DNA of 64,000 nucleotides from Isurus oxyrinchus (lineage: Eukaryota): positions 91,636,001-91,700,000 of the forward strand of contig JANJGN010000013.1 of the NCBI GenBank assembly GCA_026770705.1, in the 5' to 3' direction. A program made the translations under genes and the position numbers. The notes under the pieces are model-generated. The model did no database searches, was not told the DNA's origin, and saw nothing but the letters and a program-made list of their open reading frames with translations. Each line of letters begins with the position of its first letter. Position 1 is the stretch's first letter. Shown in pieces: positions 36,086 to 49,800 of the stretch.

Positions 36086-36780
36086 GGGGAGGATTTTCCC
36101 CTTGTTGGGCAGGCATGGTTGGCGGACCTGGGAGCAGCTGCGCAATAATCCACCGCCCGTGTTGGGCCCTGACCGCAATTTCAAGCTGGCTGGCCAATTA
36201 ACCGCCAGTCAGCATGAATCACTCGCTAAAATGCTCAGCATTGCCTGGGTGGGGGGTAGGGGGCGGTGATGGGCGAACACGGAAGTCAGCGCATGTGCGC
36301 AGGTGCACTCACAGAAAAATCCTTGAAGGCACAGAGTTGCCTCAGGGAGCTGAAGATATTTCACATTAAACATACAGTTTTCAACAAAAAGGAAAACATG
36401 TCCATTCATGTGACTCTGTCATATGAGCAGGGACATATTGAAAATGAGTTCTAAACACTTTTATGTAATTTTTAATTAACATCGGAAACCTCAACCTGCC
36501 TGTGGATGAGGTTTCCTCAAAATTCCAAAGGCCACTTGGGCCTGTTCACCTGCCCAGCAACCATGAGGCAGGGAAAAATTCTATTTAATTAGTTGATTAA
36601 TGGGGTTAACAGCCCTCTTAATTGTCGGTAGGCACGCTGCTGACTCCCGCACACACTCGCCGACCAAAATATCGCGCAAGTATGCGATGACGTCTGGACC
36701 CTCACCCAATGTCACTGTGCATTATTTCACGCTCGTGTGTGTCAGGCGCATGCCCGCACACCGAGCTGAAAATCCAGCCC
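36086..36780 (+). mobile_element. ~700-bp GC-rich Harbinger-type non-autonomous element
   Basis: TIRs GGGGAGGATTTTC / GAAAATCCAGCCC; colinear with 63419-64000. Confidence 0.85.
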
Positions 36781-37284
36781 CAGGACTCCTATCACCATAT
36801 CCTTCCATTCTTCCCTCACCCGTGCTTATCTAGCTTTTCCTTAAATGCACGCATTCTATCTTCCTTAACCACTCCATGTGGTAGCGAGTTTCACATTCTG
36901 ACCACTCTCTGCACAAAGGAGGTTCCCCTGGACTCCCTATCATATTTATTGGCTACTATCTAATATTTCTGGCTTCTAGTTTTGGTCTCCATTACAAGTG
37001 AATACATCTTTTTAGTTTTATGTGGCCTTTCAGGGTATAAAAGCGAATAAAGGCTTATATACACATTTTTGTTTGGTTTGTTAGCGATATGCACAATTCA
37101 AATGAGACTGAAGTCTGTAATGAAGTTGAGATGGGAACTTGGCAGTAAAAGCTTCCTTTGGAAGGCTGAAGTATTCTTTGTTGCAGTGTTTCAGGCTTGG
37201 CTTGTAGTCTTTTCAAGTTGAGCAATGCTGTTTGTGGAGCATAAGAATAATTTTTCTGCCTTTATATTCGTAGTGGGAAGTCTC

Positions 37285-37525
37285 AATTGCTGGCAGCAGG
37301 ATCGAGGCACCCACCTCTCATACCCTCTGCCCTCTCAGGTGGTTGTAAAAGATCCAAGGCACTATTTCAAAAAAGAGGGGAGTTCTGCCTGGCATCCGGA
37401 CAACTATTCACCCCTTAACTGATGGACCTTTACCCATCGCAATTAGAATCTTCCTGTGTGCAAAGCTGTCTTGTTTCCTACATTAAAAGAGTGACTACTC
37501 TTCAAGAGTGCTAAATGAAGCTCTT
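37285..37525 (+). mobile_element. DeuSINE-like fragment
   Basis: ctgccctctcaggtggttgtaaaagatccaaggcactattt...tttcctacatta. Confidence 0.7.
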
Positions 37526-39415
37526 TCTTCTGTGATACTTCACACGAATCCTAGGTACAGTACAGGGCATGCAAAGTGAATAAATTTTGAGGTAAAATAC
37601 AACTTGCACCTCAGCTATGACAACAGCAGACATTTAAACAGCACCTCTCACATAACAAATCAGGGGCTTCACATGAAAGCTATCAGGCAAAAATTGGCAC
37701 TAATCTGAAGAGTAATTAATTTAATAAAAAGTGCATTTAATACAAATATAGAGAGATGTTTCTCTCCACGGGTGATAAATGTTTCGAATATTCTGTGAGC
37801 CACAGTAGAGGAGTCAAAAAGGTAATTATCTGCTATTTTCCAAAATTGGCCAAAGATTAATGAATTTCAAGTGCAACTGACATACAGTGTCAATCAACTT
37901 AGCACAATCTTTGGCACAAGTTTAAAAAAGGTTATGCTGGAAGCTGACTCCTTGTACAAATCTAGCCATGCCCCAAGATCAAATTAATCACCATGGCAAG
38001 TTTCCATTTCCAGCCCTTCAAGAAGACTCTTCAAGTTTAGCTTTCACTTGGGTGCAAAAGCATTAATTTACTCAGAATCTGACACCAATGAAAGTTGTAA
38101 ATGCATCTGTATAGTTTTTTGAAGTCATTTTCAGTGACTTAAAATTGATTACTCACAGGTGGCTGACCAGACACCGATTTTAAAATGTTTATACTTTTGT
38201 GGACAACTCATTTTTAAGTGTTAAGACTGCAGGAGGTTACCACTCTTACATATAGCAAAGGGATGTTGTTTATCGCAAGGGGAAAAAATTTTTAAATTGT
38301 ATACTAAATTCTTCGACAGCTGTACTTGTTCATGAAAGATTTTACGTTTGTGTTTGCACAAATCCGTCTGAGTAGAACTGTGAACCAAAACTTCGCTTCG
38401 GAAAATGGGTGCAATTCTGAGCACAATTTGCACGTAGATTGCTGATTGTGCCCAAAGTGGAAACTTCATCCCATAGATCGTGTGGGCACTCAGAATCCAG
38501 TTGAGTGAGTGAGAGTGTTAGAGGAATGGGAAGAATGATATTTTTTCTCCTAGACGGTTCTAAACTACAAGATCCAAGCTATTCAATTTGTGGCTTGTGC
38601 TCTGGAGCCTCAAAACCATACATAAGCTTCAAATCACAGGATGGATTCCCAGATTTAGTGCTCCATATGAGAAGCCCTGATTAGGAAATCATAGTCTATT
38701 CATTTAAATGGAGAGAAAATCATGGACCAAGGGCCAATAATTTCCCAACCAACATTCCCATCAATCCATATATGTGATGGATGTGTTGTTGACTCCGGTG
38801 TTTTCCTTAGACTTTATAATCTGATGTAACAACAGTACGAAAAAAAAGCCCTTTCCAAACTTCAGGACCACTTATTTCAAACAGCTTAACCAAGGAAATG
38901 AGCAATTTTAGTATGACTAGGCCCAGTCTTTGAAGGCTAATTAGAGGTTGCATGTGGCACGCAAGCAATAGTATGGGCACCTCTATTTAAACTCTATTAC
39001 ATATTTCTTCTGCACAGCCCATATACTAACATGGGCATAATTGAATCTAGAATTGGGACCACTAGACTGAGATTAACAGCTTTTATTCCATTCAGAGACC
39101 ACTAAATTTATATGATGGTGTAGTATTAGTCATCTACAAGTCAACAAAAGGCTTATGTTCAATGAGTGGTCAAATGTGCAAGTCCAGTTTTAAGCCAAGT
39201 TCAACAGTTCTCCTGGGCCTAAGCTAAAAGGTTGAGAGCAATTAGTACTTCAAGAAAATAATCACCAAAGAGTGGCTACTGTAGTGCAGTAGTTAAATGA
39301 CTGGAGTACTGATATAAAGGCCTGGACTCACAATTCAGGAGAACCTCATTGCGAATCCCACTATGTTAAACTGCAAATTTGAATTGAGTTCAAAAAAGCT
39401 GGGAGTAAAAAGCTG

Positions 39416-39999
39416 GGGCAAGATTTTGACCCACCAGCTCGGGGCGAGTACGTAGGCAGGTGGGCACAAAAATTTGCACCATCAACCAGTGTGCCAGTTT
39501 ACAGGCACAATCCCACCCTCTGATCTTTTTCCTGAAAATGGCATTGAAGTTGGCAGGGTTGACTGTCCACAAGCAAAATGTATCCAATTGAGGAGAGTAA
39601 CAGGCCTATTGTCAGGGGTCGACTGGAATTCTCCAGCATGCCTCGAGGGCCGCCCTTAGGCATTGGGTCTAGGCCAGCTTCTGAGGCCTCCCTGATCACA
39701 GCATTCCCCCCTCACAATGGTGGCCCAACTGCTGATCAAGGGCATTTTTAAATTTAAAAGTTTATTGAAGAAAGGGCACCTCAAGATGAGGGTGTGTGTT
39801 CTCTCTCTTTTACCTGAACTCCAGACTGCAGCTTCTATCAAACTGCTGGCCTCCAAGGATGGTGTGCCCGCCTTCTGGCTACTAATTGGCCAATGTGGGG
39901 AAAACCACTGCTGGGTGACTGCCCTCCACACAATGAAGGGTTGTGACCCTCATTTGACCCCAACGTCAGGATCCCAACCCAAAGGGCAAAATCTCACCC
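39416..39999. mobile_element. Harbinger-type MITE inserted after a SINE head (39275-39412)
   Basis: TIRs GGGCAAGATTTTGACCC / GGGCAAAATCTCACCC, flanks CTG and CAG. Confidence 0.8.
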
Positions 40000-41457
40000 C
40001 AGGTGTCAGTAAAAATGACAATGATGCTGTCAGATTACCCAACTGCTGCATATAACATGGCCAGAAAGAGCAAAATTCCCAATTAAAAGTGTTTCCAGTG
40101 CTCTCCCAAATTTTGCAGGTCATCATCTCTGGAAACACCAGTAGCGGCAACATTAAAACAAAGGTCCTGATGCAGCACTCATTTCAGTTACATTTACATT
40201 AATTCAGGCCACAGTGACTTCCTGGGCTAGTTTAGTTCAGCTAAGGAGGTAGGAGAGAAGTTTTCCAGGATTTTTCCCCCCCAAATTGGTCTGGGTTTTT
40301 ATCTAATTTTCTGCAAATCCCAGGAGATTATTACATGGTTTCTGTTCTGTGATGCAAGGAGCACAAAACAAGACACATCAGTGGGTATTTTCCTATATGG
40401 CATTGTAGGTATGGACATACAAATCATGCCCCTTAAAAAATCTAGGCTTATATATTTTATTAAGATGGGAGTCACTCAATTTTGCCTACCCTGGGGTCTT
40501 TCAAGTGTTTGCAAATTGTACCTGAAGGAACATTAAAATTATTATTTAAAAAAAAACAAAGGAGACTTCAATTGGAGGTAAAAGGTATATTTGTATCAAA
40601 TAAATGCTTAATCGGTGGAGGGTTTTTGAATTGCAAGTCATTTAGATTAACATTGTTATTGATAGCCTGGCAGGCTTGCAGTGAGCTAGAAATGTCACTT
40701 CAGCACTTTGAATCGCAAGAAAACTACTGACTGTAATCAGTGTGACTCGGATAAAATGAGGTGGGATAAACTATCACAATAGCACAGCATGTTATTCAGA
40801 GCATGGTTAATGTGCAAAGAGGGTAATGAGACATAACCTTTCAGACAGGGAAGACACATGTCATGTTTTCACACAAGCTCCAGCAACTACATTAGGGGGA
40901 ATGGTATAAAACACATTGCCATTCTGTTCGTTTTCTTGCCGCTCGCATGAAACAAAGGAGAACTTTAATGTATGCTTCCCCCGGAAAATAACCAAGGGCA
41001 GTCAATCAGATTAGATGACTAACGCTACACGCCAGTCTGGTCTGCAGACCCCCACAACTGCTGAAGAAATGTCATCTATCTGTGCGAAGCGCTCGACAGG
41101 CTCATCATCTTGTTATGGTGACGCACAAGAGATTTTCAGAGAGGCTTGTTCATGCGTTATTTATTCAGGTCATTAAGAGCCTAAAATCTATTTGCAAAAT
41201 GCAAGTTTCTTCAGTGCCATTTTGCCATTGTTTTTTTCCTCTCAATCCCATAGACTTTCAACTAAAAACAGTTAATAGGGGCTGCTAATTGCCAGTTAAA
41301 TGATGTCAATACATTAATCCCAAGGCAGAGATGAAATATTAAAATAGTAAAGAAAAATAGTTAGCATTCTATGGCTGTTCATGAACAAAATTCCCCTCTT
41401 AGGGGAAGAATAAATATCATCTTCCATAAATCTTGCTGAAACTTGCAATTAATCTTC

Positions 41458-41660
41458 TTCTCACCTACTATAACAATCGATGACACAACCCTGAGGGCTG
41501 TAGATAGCTTCACCTATCTGAGGAGCACAAATGTCTGCATTGACAGCGAGGAGGCAAATAGAGTTGCCAGAGCAAGCTCAACATTTGCCTGTTTACACAA
41601 GAGACTGTGGAGGAAACGAGGTATCAAACTTTCAATAACACTTGCTGTGTACATAACTTA
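41458..41660 (+). mobile_element. RTE-clade LINE fragment (post-RT region)
   Basis: PTITIDDTTLRAVDSFTYLRST...IDSEEANRVARASSTFACLHKRLWRKRGIKLSITLAVY resembles the RTE FxYLGS...ASxAFGRL motif. Confidence 0.8.
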
Positions 41661-42789
41661 AAGATATTCCTCCTGTGTTTCAGGAGGAGGCTCACCCGAT
41701 TTCTGCAATTACCAAGGTTTCTTGCTCTACAGTTCAGTTCATTGACAGAAAAACCATCCCCCAACACAGTAGTTTGACTCTCAGCAAAGCTTTCCAAATG
41801 CCCCAATAATTTTGCACAATAACTGGGAAACATTCAACAAAAAAATGCACAGACTTACAAAGTGTTACTAAACAAAACTTTGCCTTGTGTTGAAATGAAC
41901 TCGGTTGAGCTAAGGCATACACCAGCCACAAACATCCAAGGATTAGCACAATGACCTCAAGTCAAGTAAAACCAAACATATAATTCACAATATTTAAGAA
42001 ATGGGTTATGTAGGATCATCTACCAGTTCTTTTAGCAATGGTTTAAACAAGACAGAGGGAAAGTAGCAGAAAAGAAGGAAAGAATAACAGAGTGCACATA
42101 AAAAATGTACGAGTTAAATTTCTACAGAGGTTCTCCCAGCATAACTTAAGTGGAGTTTAAGCAGGAATTCCAGAAAAGAGGTTTCTGCCTATTTTCTACT
42201 GTGATTGCAGGAAGACACTGGCAGAAACACCAATGATATTCTACGCAGTTAAATTCATCAAAGGGTAGCTCGGATGTGGCCTATGGAAGGACGACTTGAA
42301 GCAAGAATTCTTGGTAATTACAGTAATTGGGCGGCCCTCCTTAGGAAACGCAGGAGGAATAGCTTTAATCTATGTAGCCATTTTTGTTGTAAGTTTCATA
42401 CCTCGTTTACTCCACAGACTCTACACATTTTTTAGGTTTGTAAAAGGCCTTAGTGTCTCTGAATTTATGGCATGGTATAAACCTCTTAAAATTATTTTGT
42501 AAAGTATTCCCTCTGTCTATTTTTAGAATAACATTTTGGGAGTAGTAGTCTCAGTTTGCTCTCCAGATAAGCATGGCTTCTTCCCAGCAACTTGACCTCC
42601 AAAATTCAACCCTTGTGTTACTTCCAGTGGAAACACATCTGATATTCATGTTTTTAGTGGACAGTTCTCCTCTGCAGGGTCTCATATGTTGTACTCTTGT
42701 GCCTTTCTTTTGTCTGAAGTTTTGAGTGAGCACCAAATGAGCAGCCAACTGGAGCAGTGAATCTGAAAATGCTAATTGTTCAATGACCT

Positions 42790-43630
42790 TGGAGGGAATA
42801 CAGCCCAGGTGCACCAGAGAGATGCCATGGCTTTATGAGTTAAATTATGAGGGGGGACACATTGTTCTTCCTTGAATTTAGAAGTTTTAAGAGTGATCTC
42901 ATCAAGGTCTTTAGTATAATAGATTCGGTAGGGTGGTTACAGAGAAACTACTTCCTCTGTTGGGAAAGTCCAGAATAAGGGGCATAATCTTAAAATTAGA
43001 ATGAGGACTTTAAGAAGTGAAATCAGATAACAATTTCTCACAGAAAGGATAGTGGAAATCTGGAAATCACTTCCCCTAGAGGTTGGGGATGCTGGATCAA
43101 TTAACATTTTCAAGAGAGACGAGTCATATCGGAATCGAGCGGTTAATGCTATTTTTCTCTCTCCACAGATACTGCCAAACCTGCTGAGTATTTCCAACAC
43201 TTTGTTTTTATTTCAATTTTCCAGCATCTGCAGTATTTTGCTTTTATTGCTTGATCTTTTGTTAGGTTAACAGACAGGCTTGTATTTATATAGTGCTATT
43301 CTTGACCCCAGGATGTCCTTTACAGCCAATGAAGTACTTTTGAAATCTAGTCACTGCTGTAATGTAGAAAACAGAGTAGCCAATTTGCATACAATCACCC
43401 ATGTGATAATGACCAGATAATCTGTGTGATGTTGATTGAAATATAGGCATTGGTCAGGACACCGGGGATAACTGTCCAGTTCTTCTTCAAAATAGTGCCA
43501 TGAGATCTTTTACGTCCACCGGAAAGGGCAGATAGGGCTGATAAATTGAGCTGATGTGCAGATCAGCCACGATCAAAAAGAATGATAAAACAAGCTCTTG
43601 GGCTGAATGACCTACCCTTGTTCTTATGTT
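42790..43630 (+). mobile_element. CR1 3' end interrupted by a Neptune terminus (43118-43248, +) and a DeuSINE fragment (43280-43540, -)
   Basis: CR1 sequence stops at ttttcaag, resumes briefly at gatctttttgttagg and again at 43540-43630. Confidence 0.75.
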
Positions 43631-44176
43631 AAAAATGTATGAGTATCATTTTACACAACAGCTCCTGTAAGTCACCAGCAAAGGACAACCATGCGCTGAG
43701 CCCATAGACTAAAGCCAGATCTGCCAAGTTCCTGCATGGTCCGTCCAACATATCATTGTTTTTTGTCTCTCTAAAAGTACTCTCATGGTTGAGAGTGTTG
43801 CTCAAGTTTCTGTTAGGCCAGATGGCCTCATCAGGATGGTAAAAAATATCCTTATACTCATAAAAGAGTAATGATGTCTCACACCTCATCATATGACCCA
43901 ATTTGAGAAGAAAATATTAATACCGATCTCATACCAGAGGATAAGGGAGTTGCGCAGTTGAACATTAACTCTTCATGTGCCAGTCCATCTTAGCTATGAC
44001 ATGTGCTTCACATAGCATGTGACTTCTGATAGGGGCAATTAAAATAAAAAATTGCAGAATGCATCTCTTGAAACACCATCTATGGTTTGTGAGAGAGGAA
44101 TGCCAAAGTCAACGGAAAACAGCAGCATTTCCATAACCAAGGTAAAATGTAACAAGATTACATATTTTTTTAAAAT

Positions 44177-45144
44177 TGTGATGACCCATGCACTTTGGGA
44201 AAAGATCTTATTTTCTTTTTGCGCAATGCCCCTTTAAAGACCAAAATGGGTTGGGGAGTATTCTGAAAGAGGGTTAATTGGTTTCCTTATTATGACATCA
44301 TTGGTTTCCAATAAATATCCAAGTGTTCTGAGGTTGCCATGGAGATGAACAGCTAAGAAACAAAGGTTAAATAGAAAGTTAATGGCAGTGGGGCTGAGTT
44401 TCAGATCATGTTTTCTGTTTGGCGGTTCAGAACACACAGAATTTGGATGAGAGAAAATAAACAAGATTCTCTTCATATGCAGCAGTTTTCTGTTTGGTCA
44501 GTTTTTGGACAGGTCCTGGTATTGAAGCAGGCCTCTGGGAATAGAATAAAGGCTCTGTTACTGTGTATGGAAAGCGCAGAGAGCTGAAGACAGGAAGGAC
44601 AACAGTTTGTTGATTAGCTAAGACCCATTGCTGCTGTTTCAGTGTTGCAGCCTACCCGACCGTTTAAAGGGGGCAGAGAAAGGAATCTCTGGGGATTCTG
44701 TGCCATCAAGGCAGTCATGGCCTGAGTGAGAGAGGGTTCATAGACATGCATCTTGTTGGTGGTAACAACATCCGGAGAATCGAGATGGAATATAGCTGGT
44801 GGTGAATGCGACTCAAAAAACAAAATGATTAAGTGGGAAGTGAGAGATCCTACAAAGCTAAGGCTGAGTTGGAAAGACTGAGATTGCACCTGCTGCTTCA
44901 TTTTTCGGGAAATAATGCAAGTGCTTGTAACAATGTGAGGTGTACCTTTGATGTGTCAGCTGTTTAAATTAAAATTTACCACTTTGTTTCAAATATCCTT
45001 TGCCTGTTAATTAATGTTTGAATTATGTTGGCTTTAGTTGTAGTAAAAGTTTTAAAAATCACAAAGTTCATCAGTTTTCTTTCCATTGACTTTGTGGGGA
45101 ATTCCTTCTTTTAAAAGTTATCAATCTCAATGGGGATCATAACA
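44177..45144 (+). mobile_element. Solo LTR, Gypsy-like
   Basis: Termini TGTGATGACCC...GGGATCATAACA (TG...CA with inverted repeat), flanks AAAT/ATAT as a 4-bp TSD with one mismatch, AGTAAA near the 3' end. Confidence 0.7.
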
Positions 45145-45348
45145 ATATGTATACTTTACCTCAACCCCCAGTGTTTGCTCCCAACTTGAATTAGACACTG
45201 ACTGATTGAAATGGCATTACATTATGTGGCTTTATGTAGAAAAGTTGGCACTGAGCTAGAGACTAGTCCCATTTCCAGCTTGATCCAAATTAGCTGATTA
45301 CAGCACCAGAAGTGGTAGGAAACACTACAATCATCCTCAGAATTCCCT

Positions 45349-45976
45349 GGGCAGAATTTTGCTGTTGGCAAGCAGGGGGCGGGGCCCGCTCACCGACATG
45401 TAAAATGCCGCGGGATGATGTTGGTTGGAACCCCTGATGTCATCCTGCCCCATTTAAATTTTCAGGAAGGTGGGGGCGCAGCAAAATCAGCTGCAGGCCC
45501 ACCGACATGTCAATGGCCACTTGAAGCCATTGGCAGGATCATTTAACCAATTAAAGGACCCGCCCATCCAACCTTAAGGTTGGCCAACAGGCCAGGAGCC
45601 CTGGTGGCAAATAGATAAAACATGAAACCTCATCCAGCGGCACATGAAGGGACATGTAAGGGAATTTTTTTTTCTATTTTTAATATTTTTCAAAGTCCAG
45701 GCAATCTCCCTGAGGCTGCACTTAGCCTTAGGAAGATGTGCGCTCTTTCGTATATACACAAAAGAGCGCACTCTCGATTTCAGGGATTTCCACCGCACAC
45801 CACCCCCCGCACCCGCAGAGGGAGCGCATAGCGCTTCCTGCCAGATGTCACACTGGGTGGGCCTTATTTAGCCCACCCATGTAAAATGGTGGTGCGGCCC
45901 GCTCCACTGGCAGCGATCGGCTCCACGCCCACCTGCAATTGGGTCAAGCCCGCCCGCCAGGCAGAACATTCTGCCC
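45349..45976 (-). mobile_element. GC-rich Harbinger-type non-autonomous element
   Basis: TIRs GGGCAGAA / TTCTGCCC with 3-bp TSD CCT; partial reverse similarity to 36086-36780 (ctccctgaggc). Confidence 0.85.
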
Positions 45977-46243
45977 CCTGTTAAGTTGCCAACTCTGATT
46001 GCCATATTGTAGACTCTCTAGAAAATGTATGCATATAAGTACCCTGTACAACTACCTTTCTGTGGGCTTGGTTGTGATTGTGTAATCAGTCACGAGGCTT
46101 GCTAAGATTCGAGTTGATTGAATTAGTAGAGGGTAAGACTTGATATTGTTTTAAAATAAACAATAAAAAGGGTTGGCTATTTTTATGTAATTCCTTCAAT
46201 AGGCCCTGCATAATAAGAGAAGTCCAATTCATATTAGGCCATA

Positions 46244-46662
46244 TGATTGCCACTTGACTGACACCCCATCCACAAACATTTGCTCCCTCTATCACCGATG
46301 CACAGTGACAGCAGTGTGTACCATCTACAAGATGCAATGCAGAAACTCACCAAGGCTCCTTAGGCAGCACCTTCCAATCCCACGACTACTACCATCTAGA
46401 AGGACAAAGGCAGCAGATACATGGGAGCACCATCACCTGCAAGTTTCTCTCCAAGTCACTCACCATCCTGACTTGGAAATATATTGGCGTTCCTTCACTG
46501 TTGCTGGGTCAAAATCCTGGAACTCTCTTCCTAAAAGCACTCTTCCTACACCACATGGATTGCAGCAATTCAAGAATGCAGCTCACCACCAACTTCTCAA
46601 GGGCAACTAGGGATGGGCAATAAATGCTGGCCCAGCCAGCGATACCCACATCCTGTAAATTA
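46244..46662 (+). mobile_element. 3' fragment of the LINE family at 49801-52880
   Basis: Reverse complement of 49810-50220; ends gggcaataaatgctggcccagccagcgatacccacatcc. Confidence 0.92.
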
Positions 46663-47119
46663 ATTTTTAAAATGTTGCTTTGGCCTCTAAGAAGTGTCCA
46701 AGATCAACCTGGAGTGATCTTTCCTTCACTTAACATCTTAGCACATTGACACCACTGAGATTACAATCCCACCCTGTACAGGAATCAAGGCAAGAAAATG
46801 ACACTCCACTTCAAAGCAGGAGACTGAGACATTGCAGTGAGATCTATACCACGTCCTTCCACAGGCAAAGGCGAGTGGCACATCAAAGCTTTTACAGAGT
46901 AAAATCTGAAACAGATTTAGTCTGATGATGTCAGGATGAGCAATAAATGTGAATTTGTTAGCAATGCCCAGAGCTTGAATACAAACACAAATGAGGGAAA
47001 TTTCTACTCGAGTGCTAAAGTATTCTAGCACAAGAATATTGACGAGGGTCATAATTATCATTAAATAAACTAGAACTGGGTTTTTGGCCTTGCTAAATTA
47101 CGAATAAGATTAATGATTA

Positions 47120-47480
47120 ACATAGGAATAGGAGTAGACAATTTAGTTCCTCAAGTCTGTTCCACCATGAGATCTTGGCTGATTTGTAACTACCCACCTT
47201 TGCTCCTTGACACCCTGGCCTCACATAAATCTATTGATATCAGTTTTGAAAATTTTATTTGACCCCAGCAACCACAATATTTGGTGAGGGAGGGAGGGAG
47301 GGGAGGGTTATAGTTCCAAATTTCCACCAACGTTTGCGTGAAGAGGTGCTTCCTGATTCCGCCCTTGAATTGCCTAGATTGAATTTTAAGATTTTACCCT
47401 CTTGTTCTGGGTTTGCCCACCAGAGGACATAGTTGCTCTCTACCTGCCCTATTGAACCCCTTTGTCATTTTCAACACGAG
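47120..47480 (-). mobile_element. CR1 3' tail fragment
   Basis: acataggaataggagtagac...gaagaggtgcttcctga...ttgttctgg. Confidence 0.7.
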
Positions 47481-48018
47481 TAAGTTCAAGTTATGTAAAC
47501 ACCACTCCCATTTGGATACAACCAAACAGTACTGCACATTTCCCACCAAAAGATGCATAAGGATTCTGCCAGCCTGTCTTTATTAGCCACAAATAAAACT
47601 GTATATCCCAGAATCTATGCAGCTACTTTAATTTTAAATCCCAGTAACTTTGGATTTACAATGCAATAAAAATCAAATAAACTCAATCTTCCTACGCACA
47701 CACTTTTAATTGCTAACAACATGCTATAAATCCTGCTGACAGTCTCACTTTCATAAAAGTAATCACAGTTTATCTTCCCCTTCATTTGTAGCACAACAAG
47801 AAATTGAAAAGGGAACATGAGCGTTCCTTTAGCAGTGCAATAATCTCAAAGCAAATCCTTTCAATCCCGCTTTTTAATGGTGATTGGGTGATTCCTAGGT
47901 CCTTTACAATTGCTGTGAGCTTGCCGTTTTGAGCCAATTCAGACCCAAAGGAACATAGGAACAAGTTCTTCAATCTGTTGAACATTTTCCACCATTGAAT
48001 TGGGCTATAGCTGATCCA

Positions 48019-48565
48019 TTGTGTGCAGTTCTGGTCACCACATTACAGGAAGGACGTAATAGCTCTGGAGAGAGTGCAGAGGAGGTTTACAAGAATGTTG
48101 CCAGGGTTAGAAAAGTGTTGCTATGAGGAGAGATTAGATAGGTTGGAATTATTTTCCTTAGAACAAAGAAGGCTGAAAGGTGACTTGATTTAGGTGTACA
48201 AAAATATGAGGGGAATAGATAGAGTGGACAGGAAAAAATTGTTTCCCTTGGTGGAGAATTCTAGAACCAGGGGACATAGATTCAAGATAAGTGGCAGAAG
48301 GTGTAGTGGGGGGACATGAGGAAGAACTTTTTTATGCAGAGGGTGGTGGGTGTCTGGAATTCACTGCCCAAGATGGTGATAGAGGCAGAAGCTCTAAACT
48401 CTTTTAAAAAGTACCTGGATCTGCACCTAAAGTGCTGTAAGCTGCAGGGCTATGGTTCAGGTGCAGGAAGGTCGGATTAGAAAGGGCACCTGGGTGTCCT
48501 CGGGCTGGCATGGACAAGATGGGCCAAATGGCCTCCTTCTGTGCTGTAACTTTTCTATGGTTCTA
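48019..48565 (+). mobile_element. CR1 3' end, inserted in an older minus-strand CR1 tail (47950-48018 and 48566-48786)
   Basis: [29 protein letters not shown]; ttctatggttcta tail. Confidence 0.92.
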
Positions 48566-49800
48566 TATCCTGCCTCCATCTATCCGTTTTAGTTCCATAA
48601 TCCTCGCTACCCTTTTCCTAGCAAAAATCTTTTAATTTAAATCTTCGATTTTTCAGTTGATCTGGCCTCAAAAGTTTTTCGGGGGGAGAGTTCCAGATTT
48701 TATGTGTGTGAAGAAGTGCTTCCTGATATCACTTCTCAATTACCTAGCTTTAATTTTAAGGTTTTTCTCCTTGTTCTGGGCTGTCCCATAAGAATATAAG
48801 AAATAGGGTAGCAATTGGCCATTCAGCACCTCGTGCCTGCTCCACCATTCAATAAGATCATGGCTGATCTGATTGTGACCTTAAATCCACTCTCCAGCCT
48901 GTCCCCCATAACTCTCGACTCCCTCGTCAATCAAAAATATGTCTAACTCAGCCCTCAATATAGTCAATAACCCAGCCTTCACGGCTCATTGGGCAAGGGA
49001 GTTCCAAATACTAACAACCCTCTGAGAGAAGAAATTCCTCTCGGTATCCATCTTAAGTGGGAGAGGCCTCATTTTTAAACTGTGTCCCTTTGCTCTAGAT
49101 TCCCCCACGAAGGGAAAAATCCACTCAGCATTTCCCTTATCTAGCTACATCAGAATTTCATATGTTTCAATAAGATCACCTCCCATTCTTCTAAATTAGT
49201 ACAACACAATCTGCTCAACCATTCCTCGTTAAGAAAAAGCCCTCATCCGAGGAATTAGCCTAGTGAACCTTCTCTGAACTGTTTCCAATGCAAGTTTATC
49301 CTTCCAAAGCAAGGCGACCAAAACTATACACAGTACTCTAGGTGTGGTCCCACCAATGCTCTCTACAGTTGTAGCAAGGCTTCCCCCTACTTTTATACTC
49401 GATCCCCCTTGCAATAAAGGCAAACATTCCGACTGCCTTCCTAAGTATTTGCTGTACCTGCATGCTGACTTTTTGTGATTCACTGATGCCTCTATACCGC
49501 AGTATTCGATAGCCTCTCTCCATTGAAATAATATTCTGCTTTTCCATTTTTCCTGCCAAAGTGAAAAGCCTCACATATTCCCACATTATACTTCATCTGC
49601 CAAATTTTTGTCCAAACCTATCTATATCCCTTTGCACATTCCTTATATCCTCGTCACAACTTGTTTTCCTACTTATCTTTGTATCATCAGCTGCAACACA
49701 GTTGGTCCCTTCATCCAAGTCATTAATATAAATCGTAAATAGTTGAGGTCCCAGCACCGATCCCTGTGGCACTCCCTAAGTTACAGTTTGCCATCCTGAG

